From Bdellovibrionales bacterium (GTDB lineage: Bacteria > Bdellovibrionota > Bdellovibrionia > Bdellovibrionales > UBA1609), in NCBI GenBank assembly GCA_050250515.1, contig JBFWON010000001.1, positions 30,035-94,034 on the forward strand: DNA of 64,000 bases, written 5' to 3'. The notes below the pieces were generated by a model. It ran no database searches and was not told the DNA's origin. It worked only from the letters and a program-made list of their open reading frames with translations. Shown in pieces: positions 55,516 to 64,000 of the stretch. The position numbers and the translations under genes are program-made. Numbering within the stretch: the first letter of the stretch is position 1; each line of letters starts with the position of its first letter.

Positions 55516-56097
55516 ATGAAATACAACCCGCGGGACCGATTTTTTCAAAAGGCTAAGGACGAGGGATTTCGGGCACGTTCGGCTTATAAGCTGAAGGAGA
55601 TTCAGCAGAAATTTCGCCTGATCAAATCGGGTGACTTGGTTGTGGACCTAGGGGCGGCCCCCGGGGCCTGGAGCCAAGTGGCCCTGCAATCGTCCAGCCC
55701 CAATGGACTTGTTGTAGGTCTTGATCTCAAAGAGATCGATTGGAAGGCGCCCAACGCTCGATTCTATCAAATGAATGTTTTTGAGTTTGATCCCGGCATC
55801 TTGGAGAACCGTAAACCAGATGTTCTATTAAGTGACATGGCTCCCAATACCACGGGCCATCGAAGCGTGGATCAAGCACGGAGTTTAGAGCTTTGCTCGG
55901 CCGTTTTAGATCTCGCAGTTGAACATCTTAAGCCCGGCGGACACTGTGTTATGAAAGTTTTCGAAGGACCAGAGTCAAAGACCTTGGACAAGCGAATGAC
56001 GGGAATGTTTAAGGAAGTAAAACGCTACATACCTGAAGCGGTTCGCAAAGGAAGCATTGAACTTTACCTGGTTGGGCTCAAAAAAAAGGATCTCTGA
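55516..56097 (+). CDS. rlmE: 23S rRNA (uridine2552-2'-O)-methyltransferase RlmE/FtsJ
   Basis: RSAYKL, DLGAAPGAWSQ, LSDMAPN, and a K-D-K-E tetrad context. Confidence 0.9.
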   Translation: MKYNPRDRFFQKAKDEGFRARSAYKLKEIQQKFRLIKSGDLVVDLGAAPGAWSQVALQSSSPNGLVVGLDLKEIDWKAPNARFYQMNVFEFDPGILENRKPDVLLSDMAPNTTGHRSVDQARSLELCSAVLDLAVEHLKPGGHCVMKVFEGPESKTLDKRMTGMFKEVKRYIPEAVRKGSIELYLVGLKKKDL

Positions 56098-56131
56098 TAA
56101 GTTATATTATGTTGCACTCGATATTTGTCGG

Positions 56132-58000
56132 TTAGTTTTTCTTACTGAATCCAACCAGTTCCGCCAACAACTTCTGATGTCCGTTTTCATACTTTAGTCT
56201 ACGAACGACCACTCCTAATTTTTCCGAATAGAAGAAAATTTCGCGATCCGAAGTGTCCTTATCAAGGCAATCTACTTTTTTGGTTGGGATCTTTCCGAGT
56301 TCGGTTTGTAGAGTCTCTTGTGAAGCTAACGTGCAAATTCGTTCGAACTCTGTACCCGTCGACTTTCGAATTTTCACATTTAGCGGCTGTGACTGGGTCA
56401 AGGCAGAGGTCACTTGCTTAGGGTCATAGTCGAATCTAGGTTGGTCACGCAGCGGTGTTTTTTTAGCCTGAATGGGTGGCAGAAATGGACTCGGACCAAA
56501 AAGTTCTTGGGCTCCATTGTCATCCTCCCAAACCACATAACCATTTTTATTAGATAAAACATCCCAGACCCGAGTCTGGGTGTGTACGATCTGACCCTTT
56601 TGATCAAAAACTTTGTAGGCATAGGTAAAACTTTCGCCCGGAACGATAGGACGAATCTTCAGCTCAAGCCCTGAGTTGATGGCGGCAAGAGATCGGCTCT
56701 CTGGACTGTCTTGATTCGCCGACCGTGCTTTAGCAAAAGAGGTTTTTTGCTCGATCCATACTTCGATCTTCTTTTTGTCCAGAGAGTGGATAGCCAAGGA
56801 AATGGCGACACCCACGGCCAACTTGGCGGCCCAGCCCGCAAATCGGCCGAAATCCCAACTTGTGATTACTGGTGCACGCGACGGAGGAGGACCTTCCGTC
56901 TGGATTTGCATCGTAGGCTCTGCCACCCGACGGGCCATCGTCTCTTGTAGTGCACTTTGGTAGCGCTGGAGCGCTGTTTTGATTTGAACTTCGTCAATCT
57001 TGATCCACTTTTCTTCACCTGGAGGGCGTGCTGGTAGAATATTCGTCGCGAGGTTGATGACCGCCCTGGCCTCCCCCTCGCTCAGTCCAAGTTTCGCGCA
57101 GTGAGTGTAGACCTCTTCCAGATTTTTGACTTCAACACTCTGGGAAGCACCGGTTATCAGGTCGGGGTGAACTTCTGTTAGATTTATCTTATTTAGATCC
57201 GCTAGGATTTCGTCTATCGAATCATAGCGCAGCTCAGGCGAGCGGTGAGTCATCGCGGCCATCATTTCACGCAAAGAATTCGGCAAAACTCGAAGCAATT
57301 TAATGTGGACTCGACTTGAGCCCTCATCAATGATTTCCATAACAGACTTTTCTGACTGATGAAAATGAGGAATGTCATCCGTGAGCAGAAAGTAAAATAT
57401 GAGACCCAAGGAATAAATATCTGATTTTACTGTCGCAGGTTTACCTTTGAAGATCTCGGGCGCCATGTAGTTGGGTGTCCCCCACATATGCCCGGCCTTG
57501 GTCTGCTGCTGCGGATTGGCATTCCCACCGCCAATCTTTGCGATACCAAAATCAACTAACTTTACCTGGCCCATTCGATCAATCATGATGTTCGAAGGCT
57601 TGATATCGCGATGAAGAATTTGCGCCTGATGGGCCGCCTTCAAACCCTCCGCGATCTGACGGAAGAGCTTAAGGACTTCGTCTAGGCCAGGGTGATGAAG
57701 ATGAACATATCGATCGATCGTCATTCCTTCGATGTATTCCATAGCCAAAAAAGGTCGGCCTTCGTGCTCACCTAGCTGGTAAGCACGTACAACATTCGGA
57801 TGGTTGAGAATTCCCAGGGCCTGACCTTCACCCAAGAACTTAGCTTTGATTTCTTCCTCGTGAGCACCCTTGATTGTCAGAATCTTAACGGCGACTCGAC
57901 GGGAAAGTTTGGGGTCTATCGCCTCAAAGACCTCGCCCATCCCACCTTCAGTGATCTTACGGACAATGTCGTAAGGACCGATCTTTGAGGGAAGATTCAT
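56132..58000 (-). CDS. Ser/Thr protein kinase with one TM and an extracytoplasmic C-domain
   Basis: GGMGEV, VAVK, HRDIKPSN, DFGIAK, APE. TM segment AAKLAVGVAISLAI. Confidence 0.9.
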   Translation of the reverse strand: MNLPSKIGPYDIVRKITEGGMGEVFEAIDPKLSRRVAVKILTIKGAHEEEIKAKFLGEGQALGILNHPNVVRAYQLGEHEGRPFLAMEYIEGMTIDRYVHLHHPGLDEVLKLFRQIAEGLKAAHQAQILHRDIKPSNIMIDRMGQVKLVDFGIAKIGGGNANPQQQTKAGHMWGTPNYMAPEIFKGKPATVKSDIYSLGLIFYFLLTDDIPHFHQSEKSVMEIIDEGSSRVHIKLLRVLPNSLREMMAAMTHRSPELRYDSIDEILADLNKINLTEVHPDLITGASQSVEVKNLEEVYTHCAKLGLSEGEARAVINLATNILPARPPGEEKWIKIDEVQIKTALQRYQSALQETMARRVAEPTMQIQTEGPPPSRAPVITSWDFGRFAGWAAKLAVGVAISLAIHSLDKKKIEVWIEQKTSFAKARSANQDSPESRSLAAINSGLELKIRPIVPGESFTYAYKVFDQKGQIVHTQTRVWDVLSNKNGYVVWEDDNGAQELFGPSPFLPPIQAKKTPLRDQPRFDYDPKQVTSALTQSQPLNVKIRKSTGTEFERICTLASQETLQTELGKIPTKKVDCLDKDTSDREIFFYSEKLGVVVRRLKYENGHQKLLAELVGFSKKN

Positions 58001-59289
58001 CAGATGATCCTGTAGTCCTTGAGTTCCCGAATCAAAGTTTCAACCGCCGTTTTCACAATGACCACTGTTGGAATCGCCAGCAACATTCCCCACAGGCCCA
58101 TAATCACCGACCCACCCAATATGGCGACGATTACCACCATGGGATGCAGATTGATCGCGCCACCCAAGACAAAGGGCTGAAATACGACGTTGTCGAGAAC
58201 GTGCGCCAATCCCACTAGAACCAACACATAAAGCGCAAGATCTTCAGGGTTTAAACCAGGAATGAGAGGCTGAACATTTTCAGCGATAAGGGCATACCCT
58301 AGTCCAATGATGAGTCCAAAAACAGTACCCAAAAAGGGAATCGCATTCACCAATCCTGACACCACACCGATCGCAATGGCGACACTGACCGGCAAGCCCA
58401 GGAGGCACAGACCAGAAGCCAGCGTTAGGCCCACGAGGCCACATTCCATAAAGGTGCCACGTAGGTACTTACCTATAGCGTCGTCCAACATGTCCAAAAC
58501 GGTTAGACTCAGCTCGAAGTAACGATTCGGAACGAGACCAATAAAATAGCGGCGAATTTGCCCACTATCGAAGCTCAGAAAGAAGAAAACTAAAGGTGCA
58601 AGAAGCCACGCCGACAGTGCATCATGGTTGACTCCGCTCACAGAAGCCGACTCTGAACTCGGAGCTGACGACCTCTCCTCTGAACTCATTGATGCTTCCT
58701 GTTCCTTTTTTTGAAAATTGGCATTGGTCGTCAAGTTTGCCTGGAAGTACTCAAAATAACGATCTTCGATGGGTTTTTGTCCGCGATATCCAGTTCGATA
58801 TTTGAGAAACAAATCGATTTCTATCGGACTGAGCTCCAACCACCGATTGACCTGATTCATGAGCGCGGCGGCCTCTCTCGCCACAACAGGAATAATAGGG
58901 TTGGTCTCTTTCTCTTTCTTGCTGAAAAGCTGGGTGTATTTCTCGTTGAGTTTATATTTCACTCGAACCTTCAGCTCAAGAGCCTGTCTTTCGTCGGGAA
59001 TTTGGGTTCGAACCGTGCTAATGACGGCGAACAGGGCCAGTCCGATAGCCGCGAAAAAACTAAGGGTTTGAACTTCGTGAGGTAGCCACGGGATCCTAAA
59101 GCGATCCTTGAGTGGACGAAACAAAAAAGCCAGGAGCGCCCCGACCGTTATAGGCAGGAGTAAACTTCGCAGGCTCCAGACCAAGGCCACGAATGTAATA
59201 AAGGACAGGACCCCAAAGCCTCGGTAGAAGTATTTTCGGCGAAGCTTTCTTTCCAGCTCGTTTTTTTCAAAGTCTTGTCCACGCCTCAT
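58000..59289 (-). CDS. AI-2E (PerM) family transporter
   Basis: Polytopic, with a typical AI-2E C-terminal half (GLVNAIPFLG...LLAIP). Confidence 0.75.
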   Translation of the reverse strand: MRRGQDFEKNELERKLRRKYFYRGFGVLSFITFVALVWSLRSLLLPITVGALLAFLFRPLKDRFRIPWLPHEVQTLSFFAAIGLALFAVISTVRTQIPDERQALELKVRVKYKLNEKYTQLFSKKEKETNPIIPVVAREAAALMNQVNRWLELSPIEIDLFLKYRTGYRGQKPIEDRYFEYFQANLTTNANFQKKEQEASMSSEERSSAPSSESASVSGVNHDALSAWLLAPLVFFFLSFDSGQIRRYFIGLVPNRYFELSLTVLDMLDDAIGKYLRGTFMECGLVGLTLASGLCLLGLPVSVAIAIGVVSGLVNAIPFLGTVFGLIIGLGYALIAENVQPLIPGLNPEDLALYVLVLVGLAHVLDNVVFQPFVLGGAINLHPMVVIVAILGGSVIMGLWGMLLAIPTVVIVKTAVETLIRELKDYRII

Positions 59290-59819
59290 GCAGCAACCTT
59301 TGGATCCATCTCACCATTTTGAACAAGTTCGTTGGTCGACCTTAGACGATCTCCAACGATTTGCGCGAGGGCCCGGTAGATTTGGCATGCCGTGGCCGGA
59401 TCGCGGTTAATCAGCCGATCCAGGTCATTGCGAAACAGAGCCAAGCATTTTGTGGGTTCAATCGCTCGAGCGGAGGCCGACCGAGGAGCTCCATCTAAAA
59501 GCGCCATCTCGCCTAAGAAGGAGCCTTTTTCGAGTGTCGCCAGGTTCGCCGTGAACTTTTCGCGATAGACCTCGATGGATACCTTACCCTCAACTATCAA
59601 GAACAATGCGGTTCCAGGTTGCCCTTCTTCGAAAACCATTTCATTGGCGCTGTAGGTCCGATCAAAAATGATTTCCGAGACTGACTTCAACTGCCAATGA
59701 GCCAGATCATTGAAAAACGGGATGGTCTGAAGAAATTTAATTCGGCCGATCTCGGGACTTGTCTTTCGCCACCGACTGAGAGTCTCCCACAAAAGTTTTT
59801 GGGCATCGAACTTCGCCAT
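59286..59819 (-). CDS. Stand-alone cyclic-nucleotide-binding domain protein
   Basis: FEEGQPGTALFLIVEG...LGEMALLDGAPRSASARA. Confidence 0.8.
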   Translation of the reverse strand: MAKFDAQKLLWETLSRWRKTSPEIGRIKFLQTIPFFNDLAHWQLKSVSEIIFDRTYSANEMVFEEGQPGTALFLIVEGKVSIEVYREKFTANLATLEKGSFLGEMALLDGAPRSASARAIEPTKCLALFRNDLDRLINRDPATACQIYRALAQIVGDRLRSTNELVQNGEMDPKVAA

Positions 59820-59867
59820 GAAACCTCGCCACTAAGCTCTCATTTCATCGGCAATAATAAGATAAAA

Positions 59868-60290
59868 CTAAGTTCGACTTTGGTCGCTATTCCACTTTAA
59901 AAAATCCAGAAGAGGAAGTCGATCTGCCGGGGCCAAGAGACCAGGATCGATGTCTCCTTGGGCCATCCATTCGACACCTGCCACCTCAGATGTTAGGCGG
60001 GGTTCATTCATCGGCGTGACGATGAATACGACCATTTCCAACTCTCCCCAATCATACGTATGAAAATATCGACCCAACCTATGCTGGACTTTGATCGAAA
60101 GGTGAAGCTCTTCGAACAACTCCCGCTTAAGAGCTTTCTCAAGACTTTCACCTGATTCCACTTTTCCGCCCGGAAACTCCCACATCCCGGGAAGAGTCTT
60201 GGTCATGGGCCTCTTTGCCAAAAGTATTTTCTCGCCTTTGAGAATAATCGCTGCCACGACTAAGAGAGGGCTTTTCACGCCGGACGACAT
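59868..60290 (-). CDS. NUDIX hydrolase (MutT-like)
   Basis: GGKVESGESLEKALKRELFEEL Nudix box. Start placed at MSSGVKS (60290), because the longer track ORF overlaps pcp. Confidence 0.8.
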   Translation of the reverse strand: MSSGVKSPLLVVAAIILKGEKILLAKRPMTKTLPGMWEFPGGKVESGESLEKALKRELFEELHLSIKVQHRLGRYFHTYDWGELEMVVFIVTPMNEPRLTSEVAGVEWMAQGDIDPGLLAPADRLPLLDFLKWNSDQSRT

Positions 60291-60865
60291 AAAAACTGAA
60301 GCACGTCTCGCAGTGTCTCGACCGCGCTCTCCGTTGATACCTTGGGAAGACCTTCGAATTGGGGTTCCGATTGAAAATCCAAAAGTGGAATATGAACAAA
60401 TCCACCGAGCAGCTCGGAATTCATACAATAGTGACAAATTTCATACATGAGCGAGTTGCACACAAAAGTTCCTGCCGAATAAGATCTTTCGGTCAGCGAA
60501 TTCTCCGGAAATTTTGCCCACTGAATTTTAGACCATAAAAGGTCGGGTCCGTTTCGCACAGGAATCAATCGAGGCTGATTTCCTTGGTTGTCCGAAATGC
60601 GTGCATCAATTCGATTCAGGGCCGCCATCTCGAGCGAGATTTTGCGCCTGGATTCAGCTTGACCAAGAGCCAAGATTCCGATCGAAGGATTATGTTGCTG
60701 AACAAAATTTTGCAGCACGGGCCATGCCTGCTCAAAAGACACTGGCAAAGGTCCCACAAACTCAATTCCTGAAAGCTGACCTTTCAGTCGCTCCGCTAAA
60801 ATCTGAGAGGAATTGGATCTGGCGGAATCGAAAGGCTCAAAATACGAAACCACCCATTTGATCAT
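60275..60865 (-). CDS. pcp: Pyroglutamyl-peptidase I (C15)
   Basis: FEPF (Glu), GTFVCN (Cys), FVHIP (His). Confidence 0.8.
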   Translation of the reverse strand: MIKWVVSYFEPFDSARSNSSQILAERLKGQLSGIEFVGPLPVSFEQAWPVLQNFVQQHNPSIGILALGQAESRRKISLEMAALNRIDARISDNQGNQPRLIPVRNGPDLLWSKIQWAKFPENSLTERSYSAGTFVCNSLMYEICHYCMNSELLGGFVHIPLLDFQSEPQFEGLPKVSTESAVETLRDVLQFLCRPA

Positions 60866-61431
60866 GTATTGAGTCGAGAATTGGCGTCGAGTTTCTCAGA
60901 CTTCAGAGCCCTCAGGAAACTACAGAATTCTTTCGTCTGAATGTCGAGCAACTCATCCAACATAGGATCCACCACACGCCCCTCTTTTACCGACTCTTTA
61001 ACATTGCTCATAAACACTCGATTAGGAAAGAGGTAGCCGTTGCGATAGGAAAAGACCTGTTGCAAATGCTCGACTGGACGAAGCCCACCCCAACGTCCGC
61101 CGAGTCCAATAAAGGCTATAGGACGACTTTCAAAACTTCGCGGATATTGCCAATAATCAATGAACAATTTTAAGATTCCGGGGAATGATCCGTTGTACTC
61201 AGGCACAACAACAACAAGACCTTCGGCCGTCGTCACTCGGTCCACACCCTCTCGAAAAGTTCCTTTTGCCCCCTGATAATAACCGCCGCCATTGGCATCG
61301 CCCAGATTCAGCTGGGCCAGATCGAGCAGTTGAGCCGCCTGTCCGTACTTTTCGTATTTGCTCACAACATAGCGTGAGATTTGGACAGAGACACTTCCGG
61401 GGCGATCGGTTCCTGAGATAACTTCAATCAT
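60862..61431 (-). CDS. NAD(P)H-dependent FMN reductase family oxidoreductase
   Basis: ISGTDRPGS...VVVVPEYNGSFPG pattern. Confidence 0.7.
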   Translation of the reverse strand: MIEVISGTDRPGSVSVQISRYVVSKYEKYGQAAQLLDLAQLNLGDANGGGYYQGAKGTFREGVDRVTTAEGLVVVVPEYNGSFPGILKLFIDYWQYPRSFESRPIAFIGLGGRWGGLRPVEHLQQVFSYRNGYLFPNRVFMSNVKESVKEGRVVDPMLDELLDIQTKEFCSFLRALKSEKLDANSRLNT

Positions 61432-62837
61432 TTCTTCACCACTAGGAGTTTTTGATAAAGTAATTTTTTATTGAGACTAAAGGCCTTAACATCCACTTTC
61501 AAACGAAAGCGTCCTGCCTGCATCACTTCCAAAATAGAGTAATTGTATTCACCGGGAACACCTACGACTTGCGCAGGAGAGGGCGCCTTCTCAAAGGCAT
61601 CCGCGTGGACCGTCGCATGAATTCCGCTTGAGGTGATTTCAAAAGTAGAAAATCCAAGGTGCTCTCGCCCGACTTTTATCACTTCACTCAAATGGCGATC
61701 GCCACTCAAAAATAGCGCTGGAACTTTAAGGGCTTGGCGCCACTCATTCAGCTGTTCTTTAAACCGCCTTGGGTGACTGCCTTCAAAGGACTCAAATTGA
61801 TGATAACCACCGAAGAACTGATCTCCACTGGCCAAAAAGACGGCTGTCTTACTTAGCGCTAATTTTTGATTCAGCCATTTCTCCTGTTCGACGCCAAAAT
61901 GGGTCTGGTCTGGCGAGTCCAAAAGATCCGGCGAACGAAAAAACCGATCATCGAGAAGCGCCATATTACCACCGAAAAGCGTGACCCATGAGGCCACACC
62001 AGGCCCGCGTTCAAACCCTGGACTCGACTTTTTCTGGGGAAAGAAAGACAAAAAAATCTCTCGCGATTCCGTCTTAAAAGGAAATGTCCGATCCCCATCA
62101 TTAACACCATAATCATGGTCATCCCAAGTCGCGATCACGGGAATCAAAGTTTCTAACCGATAGACTTTCAGTCGGCTACGGAGCTGAGCATAGCGCTCCC
62201 AGATCTGACTTGGATGGGTAACGGGCCGTTTAACGGTTCCCACTCGGTCGACATAGACATTGTCACCTAACATTACAATGAGATCCGGTTTCATTTCGGC
62301 GAGATCCGACCACATTTGTGCCTGGATGGAATCAAATCGGGCATCATCATCCATGCAGCTCACCAGAGCCAACCGACCTCGACTTTGAGATAAGTTCAAG
62401 GATCTGAACCTTCGCTGGTCCCACACTCGCGCGTTGGGACCCACAACAGTCAAAAGATAGTCTTGTCCTGGAGTCAGATGAAAGGCCTCAAGCTGAGCGA
62501 CGGCCACATCCGAGTCTCGATCTTCCAAAATATCGGGATTCAATCGCTCAAGACGGCCGTTTCCCTGCAGATAAAACCGAAAGGATTTCCCCTTCTCAAT
62601 ATCGACGACAAAACGGGCCTGCTCGGCACTCGAGATACCTTGCATGATGGGCAGAATATGCTCACGGGTAGCCGCCTGGCCCGTTAGAGAGCAGGCCGCA
62701 ACATGATCTTCCCGACAAAGTCGGCTTAAACTCTCGGGACCCTCGGTAAAGGCTTGATCCAGCAAGGAAAGTCTTTTCCCTGCGGTGGTGCAGCCGACCC
62801 AAAAAATAAGGGCCGGCAGAAGGACAATAATCCTCAT
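61428..62837 (-). CDS. PhoD-like alkaline phosphatase / metallophosphatase, exported
   Basis: Lipobox-like WVGC. GDNVY, WDDHDYG, GDRH motifs. Confidence 0.75.
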   Translation of the reverse strand: MRIIVLLPALIFWVGCTTAGKRLSLLDQAFTEGPESLSRLCREDHVAACSLTGQAATREHILPIMQGISSAEQARFVVDIEKGKSFRFYLQGNGRLERLNPDILEDRDSDVAVAQLEAFHLTPGQDYLLTVVGPNARVWDQRRFRSLNLSQSRGRLALVSCMDDDARFDSIQAQMWSDLAEMKPDLIVMLGDNVYVDRVGTVKRPVTHPSQIWERYAQLRSRLKVYRLETLIPVIATWDDHDYGVNDGDRTFPFKTESREIFLSFFPQKKSSPGFERGPGVASWVTLFGGNMALLDDRFFRSPDLLDSPDQTHFGVEQEKWLNQKLALSKTAVFLASGDQFFGGYHQFESFEGSHPRRFKEQLNEWRQALKVPALFLSGDRHLSEVIKVGREHLGFSTFEITSSGIHATVHADAFEKAPSPAQVVGVPGEYNYSILEVMQAGRFRLKVDVKAFSLNKKLLYQKLLVVKK

Positions 62838-63143
62838 TTACCAGCTGGCTTTAGTCACACCTGGCAATAGACCGCGATGAGCCAGTTCGCGAAATGCAAT
62901 ACGAGACAAACCAAATTTTCGGTAGTTGCCACGGGGACGGCCGCTCAAGGAGCACCGAACTGTGGTACGGATTGGAGATGTATCACGCGGAAGCTTCTCC
63001 AACTTGAGGCGTGCCTCAGCCCTTACTTCATCGGGCAAATTCGGATTGTTCGCTTTTTTTCGAAGCTCTGTTCGATAGCGTCCAAATTTTTCTGCCATCT
63101 GACGACGACGTTCGTTTTTATTGATTGAGCTCAACTTGGCCAT
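62838..63143 (-). CDS. rpsN: 30S ribosomal protein S14 (long form lacking the CxxC zinc-ribbon motifs, 101 aa)
   Basis: MAKLS...LPRDTSP...RKFGLSRI...KASW aligns along its length with E. coli S14 as I recall it. No CxxC pairs. Start at 63143, not the track start 63170. Confidence 0.9.
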   Translation of the reverse strand: MAKLSSINKNERRRQMAEKFGRYRTELRKKANNPNLPDEVRAEARLKLEKLPRDTSPIRTTVRCSLSGRPRGNYRKFGLSRIAFRELAHRGLLPGVTKASW

Positions 63144-63201
63144 AAACCTACCTTTTCTTCGCGAATCCAAACACTTAAAGGTTTATAAGCCGCTCGTCAA
63201 G

Positions 63202-63636
63202 CTAATCAAATCGGTTCGGGCGGGAGGCCGGCATGCGATCCATCAAATTAAGCTCCGAAGCCGGGTCTTTAAAGAGGATCTGCACGGGTCCGATGCGGCC
63301 CCGGCCCATTTCTATTCGACTCAGAGCGGATTTTAGGCAGCTGGCCAGGCTATCAAATTCCGGAGCTTGAATCGTAACCTCTTGAAATTGACCATCAAAT
63401 CCTAACTTTCCGATCACTTCAAGCTCACGCCCTTCGCCTTTGGACTGACTCCAGCAGGAATTCATTTCACGGTTCTTAAGCAGAAGATCAGCCACTTCTT
63501 TCGACCGCCTGGGGGCCACCTTCACATCCACGGCGAAATCGGATACGGGTCCCTGCGCCTTTGGAGGGGCGGGACAACCGGCTATGGTCATAAAGCAGCC
63601 AAAGATAATGGAAACTTCAATCCATCGAAATTTCAT
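63202..63636 (-). CDS. Hypothetical lipoprotein
   Basis: Lipobox MTIAGC. Confidence 0.45.
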   Translation of the reverse strand: MKFRWIEVSIIFGCFMTIAGCPAPPKAQGPVSDFAVDVKVAPRRSKEVADLLLKNREMNSCWSQSKGEGRELEVIGKLGFDGQFQEVTIQAPEFDSLASCLKSALSRIEMGRGRIGPVQILFKDPASELNLMDRMPASRPNRFD

Positions 63637-63648
63637 TCTTTCAGTCTA

Positions 63649-64000
63649 TCAGCAGCCCGTATCACTGCCCAGAGAAACCGTGGCGTCCTGGCAGTCCTGA
63701 TTTCCAGGACAGCGGAAGCGAACGTGAAAATGATTATGGTGCCCTGGTGAATACTTCATGGAGTTCAGCGCCTTGAACGTACAGGATGAAGGATCGCTTA
63801 GATCCTGTGGTCGGGTCTTGCGCACATATTCACAAAGATGCTCTTTGATCTGTGTATCGATGAAGATCGCGAGCACCGGACTTTTATCTTGGGCACAAAC
63901 CAGCTGTTCCGCGAACGACAACAACCTCTCCGTATCTAAATTGTCATTGATCTCGCTTCCACGGTTGCAACCACCACCCGACCGCCGGCAAGCGGCCCAC
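63649..64000 (-). CDS. mepA: Penicillin-insensitive murein endopeptidase MepA-like (M74), C-terminal part; 5' end outside the window
   Basis: The frame is open to the window edge. VLAIFIDTQIKEHLC...HHNHFHVRFRCPGNQDCQD...GC mirrors the MepA C-terminus (RIFVNPAIKQQLC...HMHVRLRCP...C) as I recall it. Confidence 0.7.
   Translation of the reverse strand, partial: WAACRRSGGGCNRGSEINDNLDTERLLSFAEQLVCAQDKSPVLAIFIDTQIKEHLCEYVRKTRPQDLSDPSSCTFKALNSMKYSPGHHNHFHVRFRCPGNQDCQDATVSLGSDTGC

Overview
This 64-kb chromosomal window is densely coding. I count about 68 protein genes and one tRNA. There is no rRNA, CRISPR array, transposase or reverse transcriptase. All family calls rest on motifs read from the supplied translations and on hand inspection of the DNA; no database search was run.

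The backbone is housekeeping: miaB (3' end), guaB, guaA, dnaE, gpx, lipB, tRNA-Val(GAC), the minus-strand block yceD-rpmF-fabH-fabD-fabG-acpP-fabF-rpiB-glyA, ldh, a yfgM-like gene with bamB, apt, rlmE, rpsN and mepA (partial). rpmF is 59 aa and missing from the ORF track.

Many exported hydrolases and signalling proteins are interspersed: two M23 peptidases, one each of S8, M14 and C15, an Ntn acylase, a HEXXH protein, two PilZ proteins, three cNMP-binding proteins, a Ser/Thr kinase and an FHA protein. That mix, with intermediate GC, would fit a Bdellovibrio-like predatory lineage. This is inference only.

The most unusual segment is about 33.9-45.4 kb. It contains:
- a 1291-aa protein with an N-terminal signal-like sequence, two ClpB-D2-type AAA+ modules (the first with non-canonical Walker motifs) and an FtsH-type M41 peptidase domain;
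- a catalytic-domain-only tyrosine recombinase (180 aa) next to the longest non-coding stretch in the window, which is AT-rich and repeat-laden;
- a membrane-anchored XRE/MqsA-type HTH protein;
- a compact lipid-type cassette: a GNAT-fold N-acyltransferase resembling N-acyl amino acid, LuxI or ceramide synthases, a three-His-box membrane desaturase, a PAS-like orphan, and a heme-oxygenase-like di-iron oxidase with a complete ligand set;
- an 872-aa glycine-rich secreted protein.

I rank the recombinase-linked lipid cassette and the AAA+/M41 fusion as the best candidates for an undescribed system.

Smaller observations are an in-frame 12-bp tandem repeat in a cNMP-gated membrane protein, a perfect 16-bp inverted repeat in a divergent promoter region, an intrinsic terminator that corrects a start codon, and a stand-alone S14 gene.
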